This document shows, piece by piece, positions 53,290 to 64,000 of a stretch of DNA of 64,000 bases. This DNA is from Eledone cirrhosa (taxonomy: Eukaryota). Under the pieces are notes generated by a model, which was not told the origin of the DNA, searched no databases, and saw only the letters and a list, made by a program, of their open reading frames with translations. Position numbers and translations under genes: made by a program. The DNA lies in assembly GCA_964016885.1 (NCBI GenBank), contig OZ024766.1:13144001-13208000 (forward strand). The letters run 5' to 3'. The stretch's first letter is position 1, and the number at the start of each line of letters is the position of its first letter.

Positions 53290-53619
53290 AAAGGAATATA
53301 TTATTATTATTATTATTATTATTATTCTCTACATTCCTTACATCAAACTAAAATATGTTGACAATCTTTTAATAATGTCTTCCTTGTGAAATTTGTGGTC
53401 TTGTTTTGCTTAACTAATGAATATTTCCAGCTCTGCGCACCTAACTTCTGCATGAACCCAGCCACCTAGCTGCTTTCTACTGCATATTGCACATTGAGCA
53501 CATGCCTTTACGCTTTGGCTTCTAACTAATTCACCAATCTCTCCTCTCATATCTCCTCTCCTATCTCCATCTCTCTCTTTAAGATTGGTTACTCTTGAAC
53601 TGTGTATACATTATATATA

Positions 53620-53812
53620 TAATTGTTTCTACTTTTGGCACAAGGCCAGTAATTATCCCAGTACGTTACTGGTACTTTTATTTTATCGACCCCGTAAGGA
53701 TGAAAGGCAAAGTTAACCTTGGAGGGATTTGAACTCAGACCGTAAAGGGACGTAACTCTATTCTGCAAAGCATGGCATCCGACCCTCTACCGATACTGCC
53801 AATCCACCGCCT
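53620..53812 (-). mobile_element. Second-family SINE, unamplified single copy
   Basis: Reverse complement of the 6276-6468 unit; flanked on both sides by TACATTATATATATAAT (TSD-like, repeated three times on the right). Confidence 0.85.
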
Positions 53813-54065
53813 TTTACATTATATATATAATAAATAAATTATACATTATATATATAATAAATAAATTATACATTATATATATAATAAATAAATTATACAT
53901 TATATATATAATAAATAAATACAGAGCTTAGATATATATTTATCTATATATTACAAATAGAAATAATATTTAAATATTTCATTATGATCCCAAGTCTTGC
54001 GTCCTTACCCTAGGCCATGTCCACATACACACATACATTGATAAATACATACATACATACATACT

Positions 54066-55592
54066 GTCCTGGCTAAGACATTAAACTACATCCAGTTCGA
54101 AGCTGTTGGGAATGTGGAGTTACCGTTTAGTTCTCATAACTCCCAGGTCTGCTCTGGGCCGGAGTAGTAGTACCTGTTAGGGCCCTGTTTATGGGTGAAA
54201 TAACTACCTTATTTGAGTGGCGCCGGTAAGGTATTGTCAGCCACTGAAAAGAACCATGGAAAGTCGATTTAACAGCACTAGGGTTAGAGCCCCTAATTAC
54301 ACTGTCAAGGAGCAGTCTGGTCGTTATGACTCTTCTGGCTTAGAGCCACAGGGAGGGCCAGTGGATGATGGATCAGCTATCTCTGAGACAAATATAAAGA
54401 ATGCAGTTTTGTCCTGCAGAAGAGCCAATAAAATGGGCACTTTGAATGTGAGGACTATTCGGACGCTGGAGAAGAGAGAGGAGTTGGGACATCTGTTCGA
54501 AGAGAGTGGTATGCAGATACTTACAATCCAACAACACAGGATCCTACACGATGAGCCCGTGAGGAGTGTGATGATTGGGAAGATGAGCCAGCTCATCACG
54601 ACATCGGCAGTGAGGAACACAACAAATGCTGCAGTAGGAGGAGTGGGTTTTGTGTTCAGTGCAAAAACCAATCTGTTGGTGAGGGAAATAATGCCTATCT
54701 CCCCGCGAGTGTTGAGGGTGACCTTCAATGGAAACCCAAGACTGACAGTCATCTCAGCCTATAGTCCAACCGAGGGAGACAGTGATGTGAGTGCGGAAGA
54801 GTTCCATGAGGAGGTGTGTAGAGCTGTCAACACCACACAAGCTCACAACATCCTGCTTGTTTTGGGGGACTTCAATGCACATCTGAGTAAGGAGGGCAGT
54901 GAAGATCCTTGCTGGTAATTCCATAACAACACCAACCGAAATGGAAGACTACTGAGAGACACCCTGCTGGAGGCGAACTTGATAGCGACCAACCTAAGGT
55001 TTAGGAAGAATCCGGGGAAGATGTGGACCTACATCTCAGATATGCACCTGTTCAAGTCCCAGATTGATTTCATTCTGGTGAGGAAAAAGTGGCGGAATAG
55101 TGTTCTGAACACAGAACCATACAGCTATTTCAGTACACTGGGTGGTGACCACCGGCTTGTTATGAGTGAGGTCCAGGTGAACTTAAGAAAGAGCAAGGCT
55201 CAGCCCCGGAGAACAATCTATGAATGGGATGCTTTCAAGGAAGATGATAAGCTACAGGAGAGGTTCACAGTGGAAGTGAGGAACAGGTTCAGTGCTCTGT
55301 GTGGAGAGTCAGAGGAGAGAGAGATTGGATGGACCGAGGAGAGTGTGACGAGGAGGTACGGGAACTTCACCAATGCAGTGGCGGAAGCAAGTGAAACCCT
55401 GGTGCCGAGGAAAAAGAACAAAGGGAAGCACGTCAGCTCTGCAAACCCAAAAGTGTGTGCAGCCAGAGAACACCTGAAAGCTGCTAAGGGCCAATTCTAT
55501 GCTGGTCCTACGGGGGAGAGGATGGAGACTGTGGAGGTGATGAGGGAAGAACTCTGTACCGCTTACACTGAGGTCAGAGAGGAGACACTGAG
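54066..55592 (+). mobile_element. RTE/RTE-X LINE 5' part encoding an apurinic-like endonuclease, 3'-truncated, one in-frame stop
   Basis: APE motifs GTLNVRT, GGVGF, ISAYSPT, LGDFNAH, QIDFIL and GDHRLV across ORFs 54217-54918 and 54979-55602, which are in the same frame. Confidence 0.92.
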
Positions 55593-55655
55593 ATATATAT
55601 AGATATATATATATAATATTACTTCAAAATATTAATAAATATAGACATACATGTG

Positions 55656-55736
55656 ATCAAATATATTTTATTATACATATTTCAGAGGTACTGAGCTATT
55701 TCATCAGTACGTCCTCATCAGATAAAATAAATTGAT
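55656..55736 (-). ncRNA. Type I hammerhead ribozyme motif (family C, antisense copy)
   Basis: Minus strand CTGATGA-GGAC-GTACTGA..TCAGTAC-CTCT-GAAA-TATGTA-TA-ATAAAAT. Confidence 0.78.
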
Positions 55737-55786
55737 GTCTGACATACCTCAACTGTGCTGATGGTTCACTTCCAGTTTTGGCAGAC

Positions 55787-55867
55787 ATCAATTTATTTTA
55801 TCTGATGAGGGCGTACTGATGAAACAGCTCAGTACCTCTGAAATATGTATAATAAAATATATTTGAT
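55787..55867 (+). ncRNA. Type I hammerhead ribozyme motif (family C)
   Basis: Stem I ATCAA-ttt-ATTTTAT / ATAAAAT-atat-TTGAT with internal loop; CTGATGA at 55802; stem II GTACTGA/TCAGTAC; GAAA at 55840; cleavage predicted after 55851. Confidence 0.8.
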
Positions 55868-56182
55868 CACATGTATGTCTATATTTATTAATATTTTGAA
55901 GTAATATTAATAACTCCAGAAAACCTATCTGTTGAGTGCTTCTAATCTATTGTAAAACTTTATTCATTGATTAATCAATGAACCCCTTGTTAAACTTTTG
56001 GCTATATATATATATATATATAACCAAAAGTTTAACAAGGGGTTCATTGATCAATGAATAAAGTTTTACAATAGATTAGAAGGTGAAAGCAGCGATTCTT
56101 TGCTTAAACTTTAATCTGTTATTTTAATAAATATATATATATATATATATACTACATACATACACTATAATGTTGTCCAAAG

Positions 56183-56318
56183 GAATGGCTGAAACAGGTT
56201 GACACCAATGATGTCACAGCTCATCATTTAATATCCAATCTGATGAGTTCCACTCCAGTTGCTAAGGACTGGGATGTTGAGATTTGTTACAAAAAAATCA
56301 CTAAAACCAAGATACTGG
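56183..56318 (+). CDS. Candidate coding exon (136 nt): EWLKQVDTNDVTAHHLISNLMSSTPVAKDWDVEICYKKITKTKIL(G)
   Basis: TGTTGTCCAAAG acceptor, 45 open codons of unique protein-like sequence, TGG|GTTGGT donor, flanked by simple repeats. Confidence 0.5.
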
Positions 56319-56644
56319 GTTGGTATAACTACCTGGTTTGTATGTGGTTTGGTGTGGTATGGTGTATGTCTGTTGTGTGGGATGTGGTGTGTGTGTGCAG
56401 AGTGATGTGGTTTTGTGTGTGTGTAGTATATAGAGGACATTTTACAAACATAGGACCTAGAAGGGGTGTGTGAGGACTCTACCCCCTACAACCCTCTCAG
56501 GAATGGGTGAAGAAAGTTGTATTTTCAAATGTGAATTAATTTTTAAAAAGTCATAATTTCAACTGTCATGAAAGTACCATCCAACAAACATTAAAGTTAT
56601 AAAATTGTTTTTATTTACACATAAATGTGGATATTTTGTAAATT

Positions 56645-56887
56645 CACGAGATCCATGGATGAGTTCTCTCCAGTGGTCTCTGTCCCTCATTATCGCTCCC
56701 ATGTCCTGCATCTCCAAGACACCAGTGCCTGTCCTGAGAGCATCAATATATGTTAACCTTGGTCTTCCTCGTCCAGTGTGTCAATGCAGGGGCTCCTACA
56801 GGAGCACTGAGTGCAGTGTCAACTCTGGATGTCGTTAAGCATGTCCAGCTAACCTCAGCCTCCTCTGTGTCACTGTCAAGCTGACTA
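56645..56887 (-). mobile_element. RTE-X-like LINE ORF C-terminal fragment, degraded
   Basis: Manual translation TQRRLRLAGHA*RHPELTLHSVLL*EPLH*HTGRGRPRLTYIDALRTGTG...MRDRDHWRELI. Confidence 0.75.
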
Positions 56888-56895
56888 TATACATA

Positions 56896-57788
56896 CAGGG
56901 TGTGGACGATATTTGTTTGCAAGATAACTGTCTAGGAGAAAGTAACACAGTAGTTTTATTTTTTAAGATTTATTTATAAAACTTGGGTCAGTTTGTCTTC
57001 ATGACTTGTTCTTTCAATCTCACTCGACAAACCCGCCATTGGCTTTGATGACGGCCTGAAGGCGGCCTCAGAACCGGCCACAGGTCTTCGTCACTGACCC
57101 CCCGACTTAGGCCCCTAAAGGCACTTGTGATCCTGGTCTTCAGATCGTCTTTCGTATTGCAGCTGGATCTGTTGGTGTCTCGTTCCACTGCGCCCCACAC
57201 AAAGAAGTCGAAGGGGTTGCAGTCAGGCGAGCTGGGAGGCCAGATGTCAGGGGAGGTGAGATCGACGAAGTTCTCTGACAGCCAGGCTTGGAACTTTCGG
57301 CTGGTATGGCAGGGCGCTGACTCTTGCTGCCACACGTACGGCCTACCTGCAGCTACCTGGTCGATCCAGGGCTTTACTACCTCGCTCAGAACGCAGATGT
57401 AGCCATCGGTGTTCAGCTTGAGACCCTCAGGGAAACAGTGAGGTGGCGTGACGTCACCTTGACTGCTGACGACACCTGAGACCAATGTTGTCGCTGGAAA
57501 CTCTGTCTGCATGACTCTGGGCACGTCTTTGGATGAGACAGCGAGCCACCTGTTGTTCTGAGAGTTTATCTTCTGGTCTTATTTGTCCTCCTGGCGCTGA
57601 TTCCAAGAAGAACTCCGTGTCTCTTCCTCAAATTTGGAGTTTCAAAATTATTCATAATCAATTATTCTGAAAATAAATAATGGAAATATAGTCACTGTTT
57701 TTATGAGGACAAGAGTGACAACGGAAGTAAAAAAAATTTGCATAAAATTAGCAGTTGAAAATTGCGACCAAATATCGTTCACATCCTG
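56896..57788 (-). mobile_element. Tc1/mariner-superfamily (DD37D, maT-type) internally deleted transposon, copy 1
   Basis: TA flanks, TIRs CAGGGTGTGGACGATATTTG / CAAATATCGTTCACATCCTG; ORF with WQQESAPCH and WPPSSPDCNPFD. Confidence 0.93.
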
Positions 57789-57842
57789 TATATACATATC
57801 ATCATCATCCTCATCTTCATTTAACGTCCATTTTCCATGCTA

Positions 57843-57925
<83 letters not shown>

Positions 57926-57926
<1 letters not shown>

Positions 57927-59452
57927 GGTGTCATACCCAAAGACTGGTACAGCAGTATTCTCATAAATTGCTACATATATAAAGGGGATGCTCTGGAGAG
58001 GAGCAATTATAGGGGCATAAAGCTGATGGATCAGGTTATGATAGTGGCAGAGAGAATATTAGCTGATTAGAGAAAGGGTCAATTTAGATGAGATGCAGTT
58101 TGGTTTTGTGCCTGGGAAAAGTACAAAAGATGCCCTCTTCTTGGTGAGACAATTGCAAGAGAGGTTCTTAGAGAAGAATAAGTCACTATACTTAGTCTTT
58201 GTTGACCTAGAGAAGGCCTTTGATAGGGTACCCCAATCTGTCATCTGGTGGTCCCTAAGGAAACTAGGTGTAGAGGAATGGCTTGTGAGGACAGTGCAAG
58301 CTATGTACAGGGGTGCTGTCAGTAAAGTGAGGGTAGGAATGGAATTTAGTGAGGAATTCCAGATACAAGTAGGTGTACATCAGGGTTCGGCCCTCAGCCC
58401 ACTCTTGTTCATTATAGTCCTCCAAGCCATAACAGAGGAGTTTAAGACTGGATGCCCATGGGAACTTCTCTGTGCTGATGAACTGGTTCTTAAAGCAGAA
58501 TCAGTAGAGGTGCTAGAGTATAAATTCTGGCTATGGAAACAGCAGTTGGAATCAAGAGGCCTGAGAGTGAACATAGCTAAGACAAAAGTGTTGATGAGTA
58601 GAAAAGAGGACAAAACTCTGATTCCATCAGGGAAATGGCCATGTTCGATATGTAGGAAAGGAACTGGCATAAATTCCATAAAATGTACGCAATGCAGATC
58701 TTAGGTACACAAGAGATGTAGTGGGATAGTAGGCAAACTAACAGGTAGGGAAAACTACATATGCAGTAGATGTACAGGGACATTTGACAGTAGGAGTCGC
58801 AGTGATAGACACATTTTTCCAATGCAGGTGGGTTCTATAGAAGTGGTTGATAGCTTCTGGTACCTAGGTTATCAGATTAGCATGGGAGGGGGGGGGTCCG
58901 AGGCCATAGTATCTAGAGTAAGGATTGGTTGGAAGAAGTTTAGGGAGCTGCTTCCTTTGTTGACAAAGAAGGGTTTCTCCCTGCATACGAAAGGACGGTT
59001 ATATGATGCCTGTGTGAGATGCTGCTTGGTAGTAAGACATGGGCAGCAACTGCAAAGGATATGTGAAGGCTGGAGAGAAGCAAGTATGGTCCGTTGGATG
59101 TGCAATGTCAATGTGTGTGAACGACCAAGCATAGATGAGTTGAGAAAGAAACTGGGTATAAGAGGGATAGGTTGTGGTGTGCAGGAGAGAAGACTGAGAT
59201 GGTATGGACATGTGATGCGCATGGGGGATGACCGCTGGGTAAAGAAGTGCCAAGAAATCCCAGTAGAAGAAAGACGCAGTAGAGGTAGACCATGTAAAAC
59301 ATGAGCAGAGGTGGTGAGAGAAGACCTCAGAACGCTGAAGCTCATAGAGGAGATGACAAAGGACCGTGACAAGTCGAGAGATGCTGTGCTGAATAGGACC
59401 CGTCCCACCCTTGCAAGCAGGGAAAAGTGGATGTAAAATGATGATGAAGATG
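57926..59452 (+). mobile_element. RTE-clade LINE, 5'-truncated, RT + PHD-like zinc finger + C-terminus, pseudogenised
   Basis: NYRGIKL, QFGF, FVDLEKAFD, GVHQGSALSPLLF, CADE (decayed YADD), CSIC..CTQC..VHKRC, RLRWYGHV; tail followed by (TGA)n; stops and frameshifts. Confidence 0.95.
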
Positions 59453-59472
59453 ATATATATATACATATATAT

Positions 59473-59505
<33 letters not shown>

Positions 59506-59527
59506 CATACATATATATATATATATA

Positions 59528-60547
59528 CAGGGTGTGGACGATATTTGTTGGCAAGATTACTGTCTAGGAGAAAAATAACACAGTAGTTTTATTTTTTAAG
59601 ATATATCAGTTCCTGTATGAGCAAGGCATGGTCAGCCGACCAGACACTGCCCACAACAGGACAACCTGTCTAACTCATGCTAGCATGGAAGAACGGACGT
59701 AAAACGGTGATGATGATGATGATGATGATGATTTATCAAATTTGGGTCAGTTTGTTTTCATGACTTGTTCTTTCGATCTCACTCGATAGACCCGCCATTG
59801 GCTTTGATGGTAGCCTCAAGGCGGCCTAGGAACTGGCTACAGGCCTTCGTCACTGTACCCCAACTTAGGCCCCTAAAGGCACTTGTGACCCTGGCCTTCA
59901 GATCGTCTTTCGTAATGCAGCAAGATCTGTTGGTGTCTCGTTGCACTGCGCCCCACACAAAGAAGTCGAGAGGATTGCAGTCGGGCGAGCTGGGAGGCCA
60001 GATGTCAGGGGAGGTGTGGTCGACGAAGTTCTCTGACAGCCAGGCTTGGATCTTTCGGCTGGTATGGCAGGGCGCTGAGTCTTGCTGCCACACGTACGGC
60101 CTACCTGCAGCTACCTGGTCGATCCAGGGCTTTACTACCTCTCTCAGATTGCGGATGTAGCCATCGGTGTTCTGCTTGAGACCCTCAGGGAAACAGTGAG
60201 GTGGCATTACGTCACCTTGACTGCTGACGACACCTGAGACCAATGTTGTTGCTGGTAACTTTATCTGCATGACTCTGGGCACGTCTTTGGATGAGACAGC
60301 GAGCCACCTTTTGTTCTGGGAGTTGATCTTCTGGTCCTTATTTGTCCTCCCGGCGCGGACTCCGAGAAGAACTCCGTGTCTCTTCCACAAATTTGGAGGT
60401 TCAAAATTATTCATAATCAATTATTCTGAAAATAAATAATGGAAATATAGTCACTGTTTTTATGAGGACAAGAGTGACAACGGAAGTAAAAAGCATTTGC
60501 ATGAAATTAGCAGTTGAAAATTGTGACCAAATATCTTCCACACCCTG
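59528..60547 (-). mobile_element. DD37D maT-type transposon, copy 2, with a SINE 3' fragment inserted at ~59601-59731
   Basis: Same TIRs and TA flanks; QQD-37 aa-D spacing counted in the 59779..60420 ORF; same internal deletion junction (RTNK|DQKIN) as copy 1. Confidence 0.93.
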
Positions 60548-60743
60548 TATATACATATATATATATACATACATGTATATATATATATATACATATATAT
60601 TTATATACATACATGTATATATATATACATATATATATATATATACATACATGTATATATATATACATATATATATATAGACATACATATATATATATAT
60701 ATACATATATATAGACATACATGTATATATATATACATATATA

Positions 60744-61750
60744 AATAGTTGTAACTGCACCAAACCAGGTACGTGCCCACTGAATAACCAGTGCCTAGCA
60801 CGCAATATTGTCTACCGGTGTACAATAAATTCCGGGACCAACAAATGGTATTACGTCGGATGTACCGCAACTTCTTTCAAGGCTCGCCTATACCAACATC
60901 GATCTTCGATCAGGCACGAGAAAATGCGCTCCGTAACAACCCTCGCCGATAAAGCCTGGCAGCTTCGGAGGAACAATCAAGCGTTCTCCCTTGATTGGCA
61001 AATTATTGCAGCTGCGCCTGCATATCAGCAAAATCATCGATTCTGCAAGTTATGCAATTTAGAGATATACTGCATTTTAACGTCGGTAAACAAACTTTTG
61101 AACAGCAAAATTGAACGTTCTCTATACTGTAACCATCGTTTGAAAACGACTTTTTCTTTTTTTAAATGCATATAATGTTACCTTTTTACACCAACGTTTG
61201 CAAATTTCTGTCTTATATGTTTATACACTAGATATTGCTTTCTATAATAATAGTAGTAAACACTGTTTTTCTGGACCCCTTTAGAAATAACCTGCTACTA
61301 TAATAGCCCTAATAACTTGTCTGTGACATTGTACCACTTTGACCCCTCTAACTAAATTTTGTCCGAACAACACCACTAGAAGAATCTACTTCCCAGCCAA
61401 CCTTAACACGCCTCATTAAGCTAACTGCTGCCAAAACATTCTCTCTTCACAATCTCTACTAGTCTGACTGTCTTAAACCCTAGGACTCCCTCCACCTTAC
61501 TCACTTCCCTCTTCCCCTTCTCTTCCTACCTCCTTCTTTATCTTTTATCTAGTGTATAAAATATTTTCATATCATTCTAATACAAAGGTCTGATGACATG
61601 GTGTGTTGGCTTACAGTGTACTTTCGGTTTTTGATAATATTTGTGTATTATTCAAATACCGAGGTATAGGTAACTCATACACTATAGAAACAATTGTTAC
61701 CTAATAAATTCTATATACCCGCATTTCCATTTCGTAAATTTTTTCTACAT
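60744..61750 (+). mobile_element. Penelope-like element 3' part: Zn-finger + GIY-YIG endonuclease (60744-61175) and 3' UTR/pLTR
   Basis: Open frame [74 protein letters not shown]...CKLCNLE...CNHR (IVY..YVG motif), followed by a hammerhead and AATAAA; flanked by TA-rich tracts. Confidence 0.9.
61586..61702 (+). ncRNA. Type I hammerhead ribozyme motif with ~90-nt stem II (family D)
   Basis: AGGT-CTGATGA(61590)-cATGGTGTGT...ATACACTATa-GAAA(61687)-CAATTG-TT-ACCT; palindromic stem III, 4-bp stem I, GUU triplet. Confidence 0.72.
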
Positions 61751-61774
61751 ATATATATATAGACATACATGTAT

Positions 61775-62145
61775 ATCATCATCATCATCATCATCGTTTA
61801 ACGTCCATATTCCACGCTTGCATGGGTTTGGACGGGAGTTTTCCCACTTGAGGCAAGAGTGGTTGTCTTGCTCGCATAGGACTGTCTGGCGGGTTTTCTA
61901 CAGCTGGATGCCCTTCCTAACACCAACCACGTTTACAGTGTGGAACTGGGAGGTTTTTACCGTGTTGCCTACACAGCAACATTACAGCGTGGATTGTGTG
62001 TTTTTTTGTCGTGACACCTACACGACCTCATTTGTTTCGGACTGGATGTTGTGGTACCAACATAACTTTACATTGAAAGGGGTGGTGAGGATGGGTGGGG
62101 GTAGTGGGACGGGGGTGTATTTTGTTAGAGGTGCCTACTGACTGT
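61775..62145 (-). mobile_element. SINE body/3' part with RTE-type tail
   Basis: Reverse-complement homologue of 29381-29748. Confidence 0.8.
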
Positions 62146-62159
62146 GGTAGGTTTCACTT

Positions 62160-64000
62160 TGTACTTAGATAAGGCGGGTCTTCTCTATTACTGAGTAGCG
62201 CCAAAGATCTCAGTCCAGTGACATTGTCTTGGAGAGGTGTAAGTGTGTAAGGTCGGAATTTATCAAGTCGTCCCAGGTTTTTCTGGGTCTGCCTACTCCG
62301 TGGCTACCGTCTATCTTTATTGCCCTGCACTTTTTTATACAGCTGTCATCTTTCATGCGCATCACGTGACCATACCAACGTAGTCTTCTCTCGAGTAAAC
62401 AACATCTGATCCCTCTTATTTCTAATTTTTCCCTTAGTACGTTTATGCTTTGCCGTTCACGTATATTACTATTACACATCCAGGGGAGCATGCAAGCTTC
62501 GTTCCTCTCCAGTCTGCGTATATCCTCTGCACACAATGCCCAGGTCTCACTGCCATGTAACATTGCTGTTCGTATGCAGGCATCATACAGCCTGCCTTTC
62601 ATTTTTAGAGAGAACCCTTTAGCGGCTAATAGTGGTATAAGCTCTCTGAACTTTTTCTATCCAGTTCTGACTCTAGCTACTGTACTTTCAGAGCACCCTC
62701 CCCCACTGCTGATTTTGTCACCCAGGTAAAGGAAGCTGTCCACTATTTCTATAGAACCATATGTGCAATGGAATGAGCTAGTATTCTGTGGGCACTTGCT
62801 GCTACTTATTGCACCAGAGCACTGGCCACATATAAAATCTATGTTCTTAGTTAGCTTACCTGTGATCCCACTACATCTTTTATGCACCCATACTTTGCAT
62901 TTGGGACATAAAATGGAGTTTCTACCTACTCCTTTCCTACACACTGAGCATGGCCATTTCCCGGATGGGACCGGTGCCCTATTTTCCTTCCTACAAACTA
63001 GAACTTTAGTCTTAGACAGGTTAATTTTAAGGCCTTTTGATTCTAGGCCATGCTTCCATGTTTGGAACTTCTTCTCTAGTTCGGCCATTGATTCAGCTAT
63101 GAGCGTTAGATCATCTGCGTATAGGAGTTCCCATGGGCAGCCGGTCTTGAACTCCACTGTTATAACCTGAAGGGCAATAATAAATAGTAGGGGGCTAAGA
63201 ACGCAGCCCTGATGAACACCAACTTTTACGCTAAACTCTTCACTATATTCGTTGTTAATTCTAACCTTGCTGACTGTTTCTTTATACATGGCTTGTATAG
63301 CCCTCACAAGCCATTCATCAACACCTAGTTTTCTAAGAGCCCACCAGATAATGGAACGGGGGACTCTGTTGAAGGCTTTCTCTAAGTCGACAAAAGCTAA
63401 GTATGGGGGATAACTTTTAGCTAGGTACTTCTCCTGTAGTTGTCGTACAATGAAAAGAGCGTCTGTGGTACTTTTAACTGATACAAACCCGGACGGCATT
63501 TCATCTAGATCAATTCTCTCTCTGATTAGTTGCGCTATTACTGTGTAACACCAGAGGTCACGGTCGTGTGTCATCGCTCTTGAGAGGTGTAATTGGGAAA
63601 GGTCAGCTTTCATCACCTCATCCCAGGTCTTCTTGGGTCTCCCCACTCCGCGGTTTCCATCGACTTCTAGTGCTCTGCACCTTTTTATGTAGCTATCATC
63701 CTTCATATCACATGTCCATACCAACACAACCTCCTCTCCTGCACACATCATTTGATTCCTCTTATGCTCAGTCTCTCTCAATTCGTTAATGCTTTGCCGT
63801 TCACGTATATTACTATTACACATCCATCGGAGCATGCAGGCTTCGTTTCTTTCTAATCTACCCAAGTCTTCTACAGACAGCGCCCAGGTCTCACTACCAT
63901 GTAACATTGCTGTTCATATACACGCATCATACAGTCTGCCTTTCATTTTGAGGGAGAAGCCTTTTGCAGCTAGTAGTGGCAGTAGCTCCCTGAACTTCTT
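62160..64000 (-). mobile_element. Two abutting RTE LINE pieces (RT to C-terminus 62160-~63538; a second C-terminal piece ~63539-64000)
   Basis: FVDLEKAF, GVHQGCVLSPLLF, intact YADD, PHD-like CSVC..CPKC..WVHKRC..CGQC; the MLHGSETWAL...GRPxKTWD segment occurs twice. Confidence 0.93.

Larger units (their letters stand above)
52108..53424. mobile_element. Fold-back element (family F) with a hammerhead-like spacer; left arm split by the L1/Tx1 insertion
   Basis: 52108-52173 plus 53098-53160 is the reverse complement of ~53300-53424. Confidence 0.7.
55600..56082. mobile_element. Fold-back hammerhead-bearing element (family C) with a second inverted tail copy
   Basis: ~55613-55742 is the reverse complement of ~55782-55910; tail ACTCCAG...GAGTGCTT; 55939-56002 is repeated inverted at 56023-56082 across (TA)n. 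Confidence 0.78.

Noticed and set aside
54064-54180. HDV-like ribozyme at the LINE 5' end
   Set aside because: Known for some RTEs, but I could not build the nested double pseudoknot by eye; needs a descriptor search.
56185-56255. Permuted hammerhead from GAAAC and CTGATGAG inside the exon candidate
   Set aside because: Stems I-III cannot be paired convincingly.
62657-63907. 416-aa ORF as an intact novel RT protein
   Set aside because: Chance in-frame fusion of a C-terminal RTE piece to the RT of an adjacent copy; domain order is scrambled.

Overview
Eukaryotic, extremely repeat-rich DNA. The SINE/RTE tail types resemble octopod-cephalopod repeats (inference, not tested). About two-thirds of the window is tandem arrays: 34-bp (1-820 and, inverted, 1275-5137), 49-bp AGGTCA-rich (7672-24289), (CAC)n (32801-43560), 80-bp RTE-derived (43901-49460), 45-bp and 21-bp. 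The rest is nested transposon debris: tRNA-derived SINEs, RTE and RTE-X LINEs, an L1/Tx1 copy with a 5' inversion, two DD37D maT transposons and Penelope-like element (PLE) fragments. All long ORFs in the track are repeat artefacts. Three or four small + strand exon candidates (895-953, 6904-6959, possibly 31028-31058, 56183-56318) suggest the window is mostly intron of one unidentified gene. The main hidden signals are: (i) 11 type I hammerhead-ribozyme-like motifs from about six sequence families, mostly in head-to-head fold-back PLE derivatives sitting in (TA)n, two with a CCGAUGA core variant; (ii) five separate cases of a short SINE/LINE segment amplified in place into a tandem array; (iii) a 59-nt exon bracketed by inverted minisatellite arrays. 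All structures were read by eye; no searches or folding programs were run.
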